This document shows, piece by piece, positions 18,510 to 26,947 of a DNA stretch of 64,000 nucleotides (the stretch's first letter is position 1; each line of letters begins with the position of its first letter). The stretch covers positions 42,095 through 106,094 of the forward strand of contig RECN01000086.1 in NCBI GenBank assembly GCA_007694005.1, in the 5' to 3' direction. Both the position numbers and the translations under genes were made by a program. The notes beneath the pieces are model-generated. The model saw only the letters and a program-made list of their open reading frames with translations. It was not told the origin of the DNA and searched no databases. This DNA is from Spirochaetaceae bacterium. Its GTDB lineage: Bacteria; Spirochaetota; Spirochaetia; DSM-27196; SKKC01.

Positions 18510-20168
18510 ATGAAACGAAATACGATATTTTTCATTGCTCTCCTGATTATGGGAGCTGCGTCGTCGTACGCCGAGGAGCCTCGCAGCAGCGACGGACCCG
18601 TACAACCGGAACAACCGGAAATCATCCTCCCGACGGAAGTCTTCGAGATCGAGGCGTTTACGGTGGAAACCGTTTCGGCTCCGCTTCCGCAGGTAAGCGA
18701 AATACGCATCCCCGTACTTCCGGTGCCTCTCCCCGAGAGCGGTGAGCTGCAGATTACGGAAGCAGCACTCGCAATAGATCCGGTGGCACCGACGGGTACC
18801 ATTCCGGCGGTGCAGGGCGGAAGCTCCGTCTTCAGTACGGCCCAGGTTGGTTTTGGCTCGCGCAACTGGCTTTTCGGTGATCTTTCGGTATTTGCCTTCG
18901 GCACCGAACCCCGGCTTTCATTCGAGTTCCGCCACGAGAGCCTCGACGGGTACGGTGATAATGATCCTGGGAAAGGATATTTTTCCGGTTCCGATCGCAT
19001 TGCGGGCAGTCTTGACTTCTCAAATGAACTGACGGATCTCGGAGCAACAGTCTCTTTTGATTCCGGTAGAACAGGGTTCCAGGGCGAAGGACCGTTTCTT
19101 TCGCTCGACCAGCGCTTTACTCGTGGAGAGGCAGAGCTCCTGCAACAGACCGAAGGTCCCCTGTCGTTCTCCAGTCGCATCGGCTTTTCGGATGCCAATC
19201 GCGTCTTTACTGATCCTGCTGAACCGAGACCGGAACAGAGCCTCGATTTTGATGTCGACGGTCGGGTCATGCTGGGCTTTGACCGTGTAGAGCTGTCTCT
19301 TGGTACCCGATACACCTTCGACAGAACAGTAGACCGGACGGAAACAGCCCGGCAGAGTCAATCGGTTTCTGGTGACCTTAGCTTCGACGTTGCATTCGAT
19401 AACGGACTCCTGCTCGATACCGCCGCCGGAGTCGCTTGGATGCCCGGTCGGGGTTATATCGTCCCGTTTACCTTTGGAATAGGCGGTACGGTAAGCGACC
19501 GCCTGAGTCTTGATTTCAGAACCGGACAGGACGTGATTCATGCGAACCCCGCATCGCTCTGGGATTCGGTGTTCGCAATACAGACGCCTGAGGAAACGGT
19601 CTGGGGCAGCGAGTGGTTCGGCAGTGTTTCCGCGACCTGGTTCGCGCGCTCCGATACGACCGTATCCGGGGCGGGCCGCTTCAGCTACTCGCGCGACACC
19701 TACGACGTCGGCCCGTTCACGTCGGAAGGAATACACGAGATACGACAGGTTTCGGAACGGACGATGGTGAGTTCCAACCTGCGCGCCGTATACAGTCCGC
19801 GACCGCAGTTTCGCGCTTCAGCGGAGCTGTCTCTGAACCTTATCGAGCGAAGGACTATTGATCCCCTGTTCGCTCTTGGACTGGAGGCGGAGTTCCTCAC
19901 CGGTAATGGTCTGTCCGGAATGATAGTCACAATGGACAGTCCGTTCTTCCTGACCGACACGGATGAAGTCACGCCGGTCATGCCTGATCTGGGGATAACC
20001 GGATTTTATTCGCTGACCGATACGATACAGCTTTCGTTAGGTGTTCGCGACCTGTTCGACCTGATCGACAGGGAAAACCCGCGCTACCTGTACGGTACCG
20101 ATCCTCAGAATTACCCACTCATTCAACCTGGCTTTCGGGCAACCGTGTCCGCTCAGTTGTCATTGTAA
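18510..20168 (+). CDS. putative outer-membrane beta-barrel protein
   Basis: Signal peptide MKRNTIFFIALLIMGAASSYA, a Pro-rich extended N-terminal segment, then long stretches of alternating hydrophobic and polar residues with Gly/Asp/Ser/Thr-rich turns. It starts 3 nt after the TPR gene. Confidence 0.55.
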   Translation: MKRNTIFFIALLIMGAASSYAEEPRSSDGPVQPEQPEIILPTEVFEIEAFTVETVSAPLPQVSEIRIPVLPVPLPESGELQITEAALAIDPVAPTGTIPAVQGGSSVFSTAQVGFGSRNWLFGDLSVFAFGTEPRLSFEFRHESLDGYGDNDPGKGYFSGSDRIAGSLDFSNELTDLGATVSFDSGRTGFQGEGPFLSLDQRFTRGEAELLQQTEGPLSFSSRIGFSDANRVFTDPAEPRPEQSLDFDVDGRVMLGFDRVELSLGTRYTFDRTVDRTETARQSQSVSGDLSFDVAFDNGLLLDTAAGVAWMPGRGYIVPFTFGIGGTVSDRLSLDFRTGQDVIHANPASLWDSVFAIQTPEETVWGSEWFGSVSATWFARSDTTVSGAGRFSYSRDTYDVGPFTSEGIHEIRQVSERTMVSSNLRAVYSPRPQFRASAELSLNLIERRTIDPLFALGLEAEFLTGNGLSGMIVTMDSPFFLTDTDEVTPVMPDLGITGFYSLTDTIQLSLGVRDLFDLIDRENPRYLYGTDPQNYPLIQPGFRATVSAQLSL

Positions 20169-20194
20169 ATCGTCCCATCGGAGGGGAGTTAAGC

Positions 20195-20887
20195 ATGTTT
20201 CAGATTATAGAACAGGGCGGAGTCATCATGATTCTGATCCTCGTCCTGAGTGTATTTGCGGTCGCGATAATTACCGAGCGACTGTTGTATTTCAGAAAAA
20301 TACAGACAGATGAAGAACAGTTCATAAGCCGCCTCAAACGAACGCTCGAAAAGGGGCACTTCGAAGAGGCGCTCAGCATCTGCGAGAACAATCCTGCCCC
20401 GATCACCAACCTCATGCGTGTCGGAATCGAACACCGAAATTACTCCGCGGAGACAATCAAGGCGACGATTACCGACGCGGCAAGCCTTGAGGTTCCCCGC
20501 ATGGAGCGCTACCTGAGCTTCCTCGGAACGATCGCTCACATCTCACCGCTTCTCGGTCTGCTCGGTACGGTCACCGGAAACATACAGGCCTTCGGTGTTC
20601 TCGGTGATTTCGGCGCCGTTGGCGATCCATCCCTGCTTGCACGGGGGATCAGCGAGGCCCTGTTGACGACAGCCGCAGGTATCATTGTCAGCATTCCTGC
20701 AATCGTTTTCTATAACTATCTCGTCAGTCGGGTAAACCACTCCATCATACGTCTCGAGAATCGCGTCAGTGAGCTCGTAATGCTGCTGAAGGGGCCGGAG
20801 ATGGCAGCGACGGAAGCCGGTATACGGGATGCAACTGCTGCGAAACTGGCTGCAGAGGAAACAGACGACTCCTTCCCCAGTCTGTAA
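20195..20887 (+). CDS. exbB: MotA/TolQ/ExbB proton-channel family protein
   Basis: Three-TM topology and family motif ISPLLGLLGTVTGNIQAF...EALLTTAAGIIVSIPAIVFYNY. Confidence 0.9.
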   Translation: MFQIIEQGGVIMILILVLSVFAVAIITERLLYFRKIQTDEEQFISRLKRTLEKGHFEEALSICENNPAPITNLMRVGIEHRNYSAETIKATITDAASLEVPRMERYLSFLGTIAHISPLLGLLGTVTGNIQAFGVLGDFGAVGDPSLLARGISEALLTTAAGIIVSIPAIVFYNYLVSRVNHSIIRLENRVSELVMLLKGPEMAATEAGIRDATAAKLAAEETDDSFPSL

Positions 20888-20902
20888 ACAGGATGTAATC
20901 GC

Positions 20903-21304
20903 ATGAGATTCAGACGGAGACTTCAACCAAACGCTCGACCTGACCTTGTCCCCATGATTGACGTCGTGTTCCAGCTGGTGGTGTTTTTTATGGTGTCAAG
21001 TACGTTTGTCGTAACACCAGGCCTCAACCTCGATCTTCCGACCGCAAGTTCGGCTGAGCCCGTAGCCATGACGAATGTCGTCATCAGTGTCGTTTCAGAA
21101 GACGAAGTTTACGTGAATCGTGAACGCTTCCGTATCGATCAGCTGAACGAGGCAATTTCGGATTTTGTTGTCGACGACCAGCTTGCAAGCGTCGTTATTG
21201 AAGGCGACAGCAACGCGCGATATGACCTGATGATTCGGGTGCTGGACATCCTGCGGCAGAACGGTTTGCGAGCTGCCTCACTCCGCACCAGGGAAGCCGA
21301 CTGA
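20903..21304 (+). CDS. exbD: ExbD/TolR biopolymer transport protein
   Basis: N-terminus PDLVPMIDVVFQLVVFFMV with the conserved Asp in the TM, and a 133-aa length. Confidence 0.88.
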   Translation: MRFRRRLQPNARPDLVPMIDVVFQLVVFFMVSSTFVVTPGLNLDLPTASSAEPVAMTNVVISVVSEDEVYVNRERFRIDQLNEAISDFVVDDQLASVVIEGDSNARYDLMIRVLDILRQNGLRAASLRTREAD

Positions 21305-21309
21305 TAGCT

Positions 21310-22404
21310 ATGCACCTAAACGAAGACAACAAGAGACTGCTGTACGGAATACTCGTTACTCTTATCGTTCATATAGCGCTCTTTGTTGCTCTCGGTTTTG
21401 TCGATTTCACGAGCGCGACTCCGATACGTCCGATCAGTATCAGTCTCTCCGAACTTCCGGAATCGCTGATTGAACTTCCCGATCCACCCGATTCAGACGA
21501 AACACCCGACGAAGTTCCCGACGAACCGGAGCCCGTGCCTGACGATCCGATCCTCGCTGAGGAACTCGATACGGAGCTGCAGCAGACCGAAGACCTGCCA
21601 CCGGTAGCGGAAACACAGCCGCAGCCGGAACCCGCTACCGACCCCGCAGAAGCAGAGGCACCTGCTGTTGCACAGACACCGTCTCCTGCTCCGGCTCCTG
21701 CTCCGAGGCCACAGGAACGCCAGCCGGATGCCAGCGAGTTCGTTGACACCCTCGCTCCGACGGACACAGCTGACCGGGAGGATCTGCGCCGTCGGGATGC
21801 TACGCCCACAAGTCCGGCTGCCGACGACGACGGTACCTTCGCTGCCGTCCAGGAAGCTCAGAGGCAGGCAGCACTCGAGTTCATTCGCGCGCTCGACGAG
21901 CAGGAGCGAGTAATCGCTGACGAACTGAGGAGGCGCGAGAGCGAAAGAGATGCCGGTCAAGTCAGTCAGGCGGACGATGGTCAGATTATCGACATCCGTT
22001 CAAGAGTCGGCGACATCGTCGGACGTTCAGGGAGCGATGCTGCCGGTGAGACTGATGACCCGGGTGGAACGGGAGATCGCGACCGGGCCGAGGACGTCGG
22101 TACCGGTGACGACATAGAGTGGGCTGACGGGCGCCTTCGAAGCAGAGTATCGGGAAGTGAGCTCGCGTTCACCGCGAATGATCTGACAATCGGGCGTGGA
22201 ACGGTGTATATCGAAGTTTCCTTCGCAGTGGACGAACGGGGCATCGTTCAGCCGGGTTCCGTACGCATAGACCGGGGTGCACCAGTTTTATCCAGCGAAG
22301 CGCAGGTTCGTCTTCGCCAGACGATTCAGACCTGGCGGTTCACCGAAAACCCGGGAGCACCATCGGTACGCGGTACTATTCGTCTCGAGCTGCGACGCAT
22401 CTAA
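21310..22404 (+). CDS. TonB/TolA-like energy transducer
   Basis: N-terminal TM (LLYGILVTLIVHIALFVALGF), a ~150-aa Pro/Glu/Asp/Ala-rich spacer, a charged region, and a C-terminal TonB_C-like fold string (GTVYIEVSFAVDERGIVQPGSVRI...TIQTWRFTENPG). Confidence 0.7.
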   Translation: MHLNEDNKRLLYGILVTLIVHIALFVALGFVDFTSATPIRPISISLSELPESLIELPDPPDSDETPDEVPDEPEPVPDDPILAEELDTELQQTEDLPPVAETQPQPEPATDPAEAEAPAVAQTPSPAPAPAPRPQERQPDASEFVDTLAPTDTADREDLRRRDATPTSPAADDDGTFAAVQEAQRQAALEFIRALDEQERVIADELRRRESERDAGQVSQADDGQIIDIRSRVGDIVGRSGSDAAGETDDPGGTGDRDRAEDVGTGDDIEWADGRLRSRVSGSELAFTANDLTIGRGTVYIEVSFAVDERGIVQPGSVRIDRGAPVLSSEAQVRLRQTIQTWRFTENPGAPSVRGTIRLELRRI

Positions 22405-23240
22405 TCGTTCAGCGCGGAGTAACGCACAAAGGCACCGGCCTGATACGTGAATGGGCTGTTCAGAGCTGCCCCCGCAAGATCGCCGGTTCCGATCAGGAAG
22501 ATGTCGGTATAAAAATCAAGTCCAACGCGCAGTGCGTCGTTCAGCTGATACGAGAGACCTGCGCCACCACTGATTCCCATGAGCGAATCGACGGTACTTC
22601 CGTCCTCGATGCTCTCAGTCCGCCACGCGAGCATGAAGTCCAGGCCATAAGGTACACCACTCTTGAATACGTCTACGCTTGTACCGTATCGGCTGACCGT
22701 TCGTCGAACCACCGCGTCACCCTCGCGGGCGGCTCGTCGATTGTCGTAGAAAACGACAACCTCGGCGTTATAGACACCGAACCCCGCTTTCACATCGACC
22801 TGACCGTATGAAGCACCGGAACCACCGAGGCTCTCGATGAGTTCAGCCTGCAGAAACGCGGTCTCACCGATGTTGGTCCGCAGAAGCGCGGTGAAACCCG
22901 GAACCGCCGGCGTAGCGAGGCTGTTGAGAATGCCAAGGCTTGCACCGACGCCAAAATCAAACACACCTTCGGATACGTGAATGCGGGAAAGGAGCGTGTT
23001 TCCGGTTACCGTATGCCGTTCCCCCTGAACAACAAGCGCAAACTGGTCCGAGAGAACACTGTAGAAGCGCGTGAGCAGCTCAACGTTCAGTCCCGGTTCG
23101 ACTGCTGATCCAGGTTCGTGACTCGTGCCAAAGAGATCCCGAACGACGCGGATCGAAGTATCGAGCTCAAAGGCCGATAGCGTCAGCGGGTTCAACGTAA
23201 GACCGATCAGCATGCACGTTGTGATAAATTGTCGTTTCAT
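22401..23240 (-). CDS. putative outer-membrane beta-barrel protein
   Basis: Signal peptide MKRQFITTCMLIGLTLNPLTLSAF and an amphipathic beta-strand pattern throughout. No family was recognised. Confidence 0.5.
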   Translation of the reverse strand: MKRQFITTCMLIGLTLNPLTLSAFELDTSIRVVRDLFGTSHEPGSAVEPGLNVELLTRFYSVLSDQFALVVQGERHTVTGNTLLSRIHVSEGVFDFGVGASLGILNSLATPAVPGFTALLRTNIGETAFLQAELIESLGGSGASYGQVDVKAGFGVYNAEVVVFYDNRRAAREGDAVVRRTVSRYGTSVDVFKSGVPYGLDFMLAWRTESIEDGSTVDSLMGISGGAGLSYQLNDALRVGLDFYTDIFLIGTGDLAGAALNSPFTYQAGAFVRYSALND

Positions 23241-23265
23241 TCCAGTCCCTTTTGAGTAGCGTTCA

Positions 23266-24378
23266 TTAAAACCGGGTTCTTACTCCGAGGTACCCTTCTA
23301 CCAGTTCATCAAGCGCAAACGGGAAGGGTCGCAGAACCGCACGAAGATCCCACGCTACCGCTCCGCTGTTCAGCCGTAGATACGGTCCGGTAGTGATCTG
23401 AAACTGGTCACCGGACTGCGGTCGTATCGACACACGAGATTCCACACCTCCGGACACCCCGTCCGAGACGGGATCGCCGATGCGGACGTTGAGATTTGTG
23501 TCTATGGTTCCGCGTTCAGGATTCTCTACCTGGTCGTATACACCGGGATGCCAGAAAAACGTAAGTGCGAGCCCGAGCGTCCCGAGGTTTACGCGGGGTT
23601 CAAAGAGAAAAAACAGATCATCCAGACCAAATTCCTGCCCCGAACCAGGCTCGAAACCGGTCACCCCGACCTGAGCAAGCAGGGCATCTCCCTCCGGGGT
23701 CGAAAAATTCGCTAGAAGCCCGCCGCGATAGCGACCGAATGCTCCAAGCGGATAACTGGCTCCCGCGAAGGCTTCGAGCTGAACACCGGCCAGGTTGACC
23801 ATTACAGCGACATCATTCGAGAAGACGCCGGGGTCAAAACGATTGTCCTGATACGCATACGTTGCGAGCTCAACACGTCGCCACTGCTCACCCGACGAAA
23901 TCCGTATTCCGGTACCGGAAACACCGTAGAGACCTTCGTACAGCGGGCCATCCGGGAAATACTGATACCCTCTGAACTCGGTCGCCACCGGTGGGGTACC
24001 GAAGGCCTCCGGGAAACGTTGCCCGGATGCGAGACGGTCGAGTTCTCCGAGAAAGTAGGTGAACGCAAATGAACTGCCGAGCAGCTGTTCGAACGTTACC
24101 GAAGCACGTCTCACAACGGGGCTTAGGTCGGGATCGGTACCGAACGCGGTCGACCGGACTCCGAGCAGGACTTCGGACCGAGTCAGCTGCCCGCTTTGCA
24201 GTTGTATACCGAGCTCGCCCGTCGTCTGGAGCTGGAAGACGCCGCCGTCGACGTATCCACGCGTAACAAACTCGAAAGGCCGTACGTTGAGATCCGTCGC
24301 GCTTAAGGCAGATACCACGGAGAGCATCGTGACCAGTGAAGTCACGAGAATTCGAGTAGCGCGTGGCCATGATCGCAT
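23266..24378 (-). CDS. putative outer-membrane beta-barrel protein
   Basis: ORF 23266..24540 trimmed to ATG 24378 (AAGGAG RBS 7 nt upstream), giving signal peptide MRSWPRATRILVTSLVTMLSVVSALSA. The C-terminus YLGVRTRF resembles the OMP beta-signal with a terminal Phe. Confidence 0.6.
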   Translation of the reverse strand: MRSWPRATRILVTSLVTMLSVVSALSATDLNVRPFEFVTRGYVDGGVFQLQTTGELGIQLQSGQLTRSEVLLGVRSTAFGTDPDLSPVVRRASVTFEQLLGSSFAFTYFLGELDRLASGQRFPEAFGTPPVATEFRGYQYFPDGPLYEGLYGVSGTGIRISSGEQWRRVELATYAYQDNRFDPGVFSNDVAVMVNLAGVQLEAFAGASYPLGAFGRYRGGLLANFSTPEGDALLAQVGVTGFEPGSGQEFGLDDLFFLFEPRVNLGTLGLALTFFWHPGVYDQVENPERGTIDTNLNVRIGDPVSDGVSGGVESRVSIRPQSGDQFQITTGPYLRLNSGAVAWDLRAVLRPFPFALDELVEGYLGVRTRF

Positions 24379-24475
24379 GTGAAACTCCTTGATGGTGTCT
24401 ATTATCTTCACGTCACATACATTATCGTACATTTTTACGGACCTTGCATGCGGTATCGCGAAAACTTCCAGAACC

Positions 24476-24503
24476 TTGACTAACAGTGCATTATGGCTAA
24501 GAT
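24476..24503 (+). promoter_or_regulatory. candidate sigma70-like promoter for the che operon (TTGACT-N16-TAAGAT)
   Basis: The -35 is at 24476-24481 and the -10 at 24498-24503, in an AT-rich divergent gap. The cheA ATG at 24516 is 12 nt after the -10, with no SD. Confidence 0.3.
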
Positions 24504-24515
24504 TGTAGCAAGCAT

Positions 24516-26945
24516 ATGAGCGACTTTCTGGATCCCGCAAATCAAGAGCTTCTACAGGATTTTTTCGTCGAAGCTGAGCTTCAGGTGGAACATCTTGAAC
24601 AGAATATTCTTGTGCTTGAGAATGACAGTGCCAACGCAGACGCGATAGACGAGATCTTTCGCGCCGCCCACACGCTAAAAGGCGCGTCGGCGACTGTTCA
24701 GATGGACGAGCTCACACAGTTTACCCATCTCGTAGAAGATGTCTTCGACAGCATTCGGGACGGAAAGGCTTCGGTCGACGAACTGCTTATCGATACGCTT
24801 CTCAATTCGATAGATGTTATCAAAGCGATGCTCGCGGCACGGTCCGAAGGACTCGTCTACGACGGCGATGTAACGGAGCTCAAAGCACGGCTGAGCGCGG
24901 TCCTCACCAGTGACTCGAAACCGGGCGGTCACACGGAGACCACCGGAACGCAAAGTGTGTCCTCACCAGTTGTCGCAAAACCCGCACCAAAGAATGCAGT
25001 ACTCAGCGAGTACGATATTCTTGAGCTGCAGGAAGCTGCGGGTTCAGACAAGAGCATCTACGAGGTGGAGGTTCTCTTCAGTGAGGACAACCCCATGAAC
25101 TCGGTTGGTGGCATACAGGTTTTTGCGGCTCTGAAGTCTCTCGGAGAGGTTCTCAAGACGGACCCCGAGTTCGAGGCGCTATACGACGACGTCTACCATC
25201 CGCGCGTAGTGTACTATCTGGCCACCGGTGGAGATGTCGAGGTTTCGAAGATCGTATCCAAAGCAACGATTGTCGATGTAACGACGGATGTCCATGTTCG
25301 ATCCGTCGGTCAGCAGGAAACACCGCTGTCAGGGGATGCCAGGGCCGAAGAGCCGCAACGAGACGCCAGCGTCGAGGCGAAAGCACCGCAGAAACAGGAT
25401 AATCCGGTACCGAAGGCAGCCACTCCAGGCGAAGCGGTCACGAACGGTACTCGGAGCCCCGGAGAAAGTGATGACGAGGCGCCCGATACCGGCGGAACGG
25501 GTGGAAGCGCAATTGAGGCTGTCCGAAAAGGTGGCGGCAGCAGCTCTGTTCTTCGTGTTGATTCACGTCGCATCGATAACCTGCTGAATCTGGTCAGTGA
25601 AACCGTCATCGTTAAAGCGGGTTTCAATCAGCTGGTCAATGATTTCTCGGAAAGTTTACAGACCATACAGAATACTGAGGCAGACTATCGGGAAACACTG
25701 AAGGATCTGTTTGACTCGCTTCCGTTCTATCTCGAGCAGATCCGCGGCGGAATGCCGGTCAAGGATGTGCGACACGCCATCAACGAGCGTTTCAGCTCTC
25801 TCTTCGATATTTTTGACGGCTTTGACAATCAGTTAAAAGGCCATGTCACGAAGTTTCGGGCGGGAAGCCAGAATCTTGCCCGCATATCGGGCGAGCTTCA
25901 GCAGGGCGTCATGCGTATTCGAATGGTTCCGATCGCGCAGATATTCTCGCGCTTTCCGCGCCTTGTACGCGATCTGTCCCGATCTCTCGACAAGAAAATC
26001 AACCTGAACATAGAAGGCGAGGATACAGAACTCGATAAAAGTGTCATTGAAGACCTTCTTGACCCGCTGATTCACTGTGTCCGCAACTCGCTCGATCACG
26101 GCATAGAACCGCCTGCAGATCGTCTTGAAAGCGGAAAACCGGAAACAGGGACTCTGACACTGAAGGCGAGCAACGAAGGCAATATGATCCTTATCGAGAT
26201 TTCTGACGATGGTAAGGGCATTGACGTCGAAAAGGTCAAGCAACGCGCAATTGAGCGTGGCGTTATCCATCCTTCGAAGCAGCTGACAGATGTCGAGGCA
26301 TTCAATCTCATTTTCGAGCCGGGTTTTTCGACTGCAAAAGCCGTAACGGATATTTCCGGGCGCGGGGTGGGCCTGGACGTTGTCCGCAAGCAGATACAGA
26401 AGCTCAACGGTGCCGTTGCAGTATGGAGCGAACGGGGACTCGGCTCGCGTTTTACGATTAAGATTCCGCTGACTCTCGCAATAATACAGGGACTGCTCGT
26501 ACGCGTAGGAAAAGAGATGTACGCGATTCCGATAACGAGTGTTGTAGACAGTCACCGTATTCGTCCGAGCGACATCAAGTTCATTGATAACCATGAAGTT
26601 TTCAACGTGCGTGAGGATGTTGTCAGCCTGCTGCGCCTTAATCGACTCTTCCGTGTTCAGACTGATGAAAACCGGGAGTACTACTTTGTTGTCGTCGTCG
26701 GCAGTGGTGAAAAACGCATGGGACTGATCGTCGATGAGCTCATTGGCGAAGAAGATGTCGTGATCAAGCCACTGCGAGATCATTACACAAATGTTCCAGG
26801 AATCGCCGGTGCCAATATTACCGGTGACGGAACAGTCAGTCTCATTATCGACGTTGCACAGTTACTGGAACTCGGTCTCAAACAGGAGCGGGAGCATCGC
26901 CGGAAACGGGAAACGACAATACGTCAGAGAAGTGGCGGGGTGTAG
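24516..26945 (+). CDS. cheA: chemotaxis histidine kinase CheA
   Basis: HPt motif RAAHTLKGASATV, N box HCVRNSLDHGIE, G1 DDGKGID, G2 GRGVGLDVV, and a C-terminal CheW-like domain. Confidence 0.95.
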   Translation: MSDFLDPANQELLQDFFVEAELQVEHLEQNILVLENDSANADAIDEIFRAAHTLKGASATVQMDELTQFTHLVEDVFDSIRDGKASVDELLIDTLLNSIDVIKAMLAARSEGLVYDGDVTELKARLSAVLTSDSKPGGHTETTGTQSVSSPVVAKPAPKNAVLSEYDILELQEAAGSDKSIYEVEVLFSEDNPMNSVGGIQVFAALKSLGEVLKTDPEFEALYDDVYHPRVVYYLATGGDVEVSKIVSKATIVDVTTDVHVRSVGQQETPLSGDARAEEPQRDASVEAKAPQKQDNPVPKAATPGEAVTNGTRSPGESDDEAPDTGGTGGSAIEAVRKGGGSSSVLRVDSRRIDNLLNLVSETVIVKAGFNQLVNDFSESLQTIQNTEADYRETLKDLFDSLPFYLEQIRGGMPVKDVRHAINERFSSLFDIFDGFDNQLKGHVTKFRAGSQNLARISGELQQGVMRIRMVPIAQIFSRFPRLVRDLSRSLDKKINLNIEGEDTELDKSVIEDLLDPLIHCVRNSLDHGIEPPADRLESGKPETGTLTLKASNEGNMILIEISDDGKGIDVEKVKQRAIERGVIHPSKQLTDVEAFNLIFEPGFSTAKAVTDISGRGVGLDVVRKQIQKLNGAVAVWSERGLGSRFTIKIPLTLAIIQGLLVRVGKEMYAIPITSVVDSHRIRPSDIKFIDNHEVFNVREDVVSLLRLNRLFRVQTDENREYYFVVVVGSGEKRMGLIVDELIGEEDVVIKPLRDHYTNVPGIAGANITGDGTVSLIIDVAQLLELGLKQEREHRRKRETTIRQRSGGV

Positions 26946-26947
26946 AA

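Noticed and set aside
24379-24540. 54-aa N-terminal extension of the 23266 OMP-like ORF, reaching across the cheA promoter and start codon
   Set aside because: ATG 24378 has an AAGGAG RBS and yields a proper signal peptide. The extension would bury the signal peptide and overlap cheA.
25833-26783. 316-aa ORF antisense to cheA. Similar long antisense ORFs lie at 7643-8695 (rny), 18413-19315, 46249-47076 (mutS2), 26924-27694, 61453-62094 and 63225-63890
   Set aside because: Each lies entirely within a well-supported conserved gene on the other strand and has a low-complexity Arg/Ser/Pro-rich composition. Stop-codon depletion in antisense frames is expected at this GC content.
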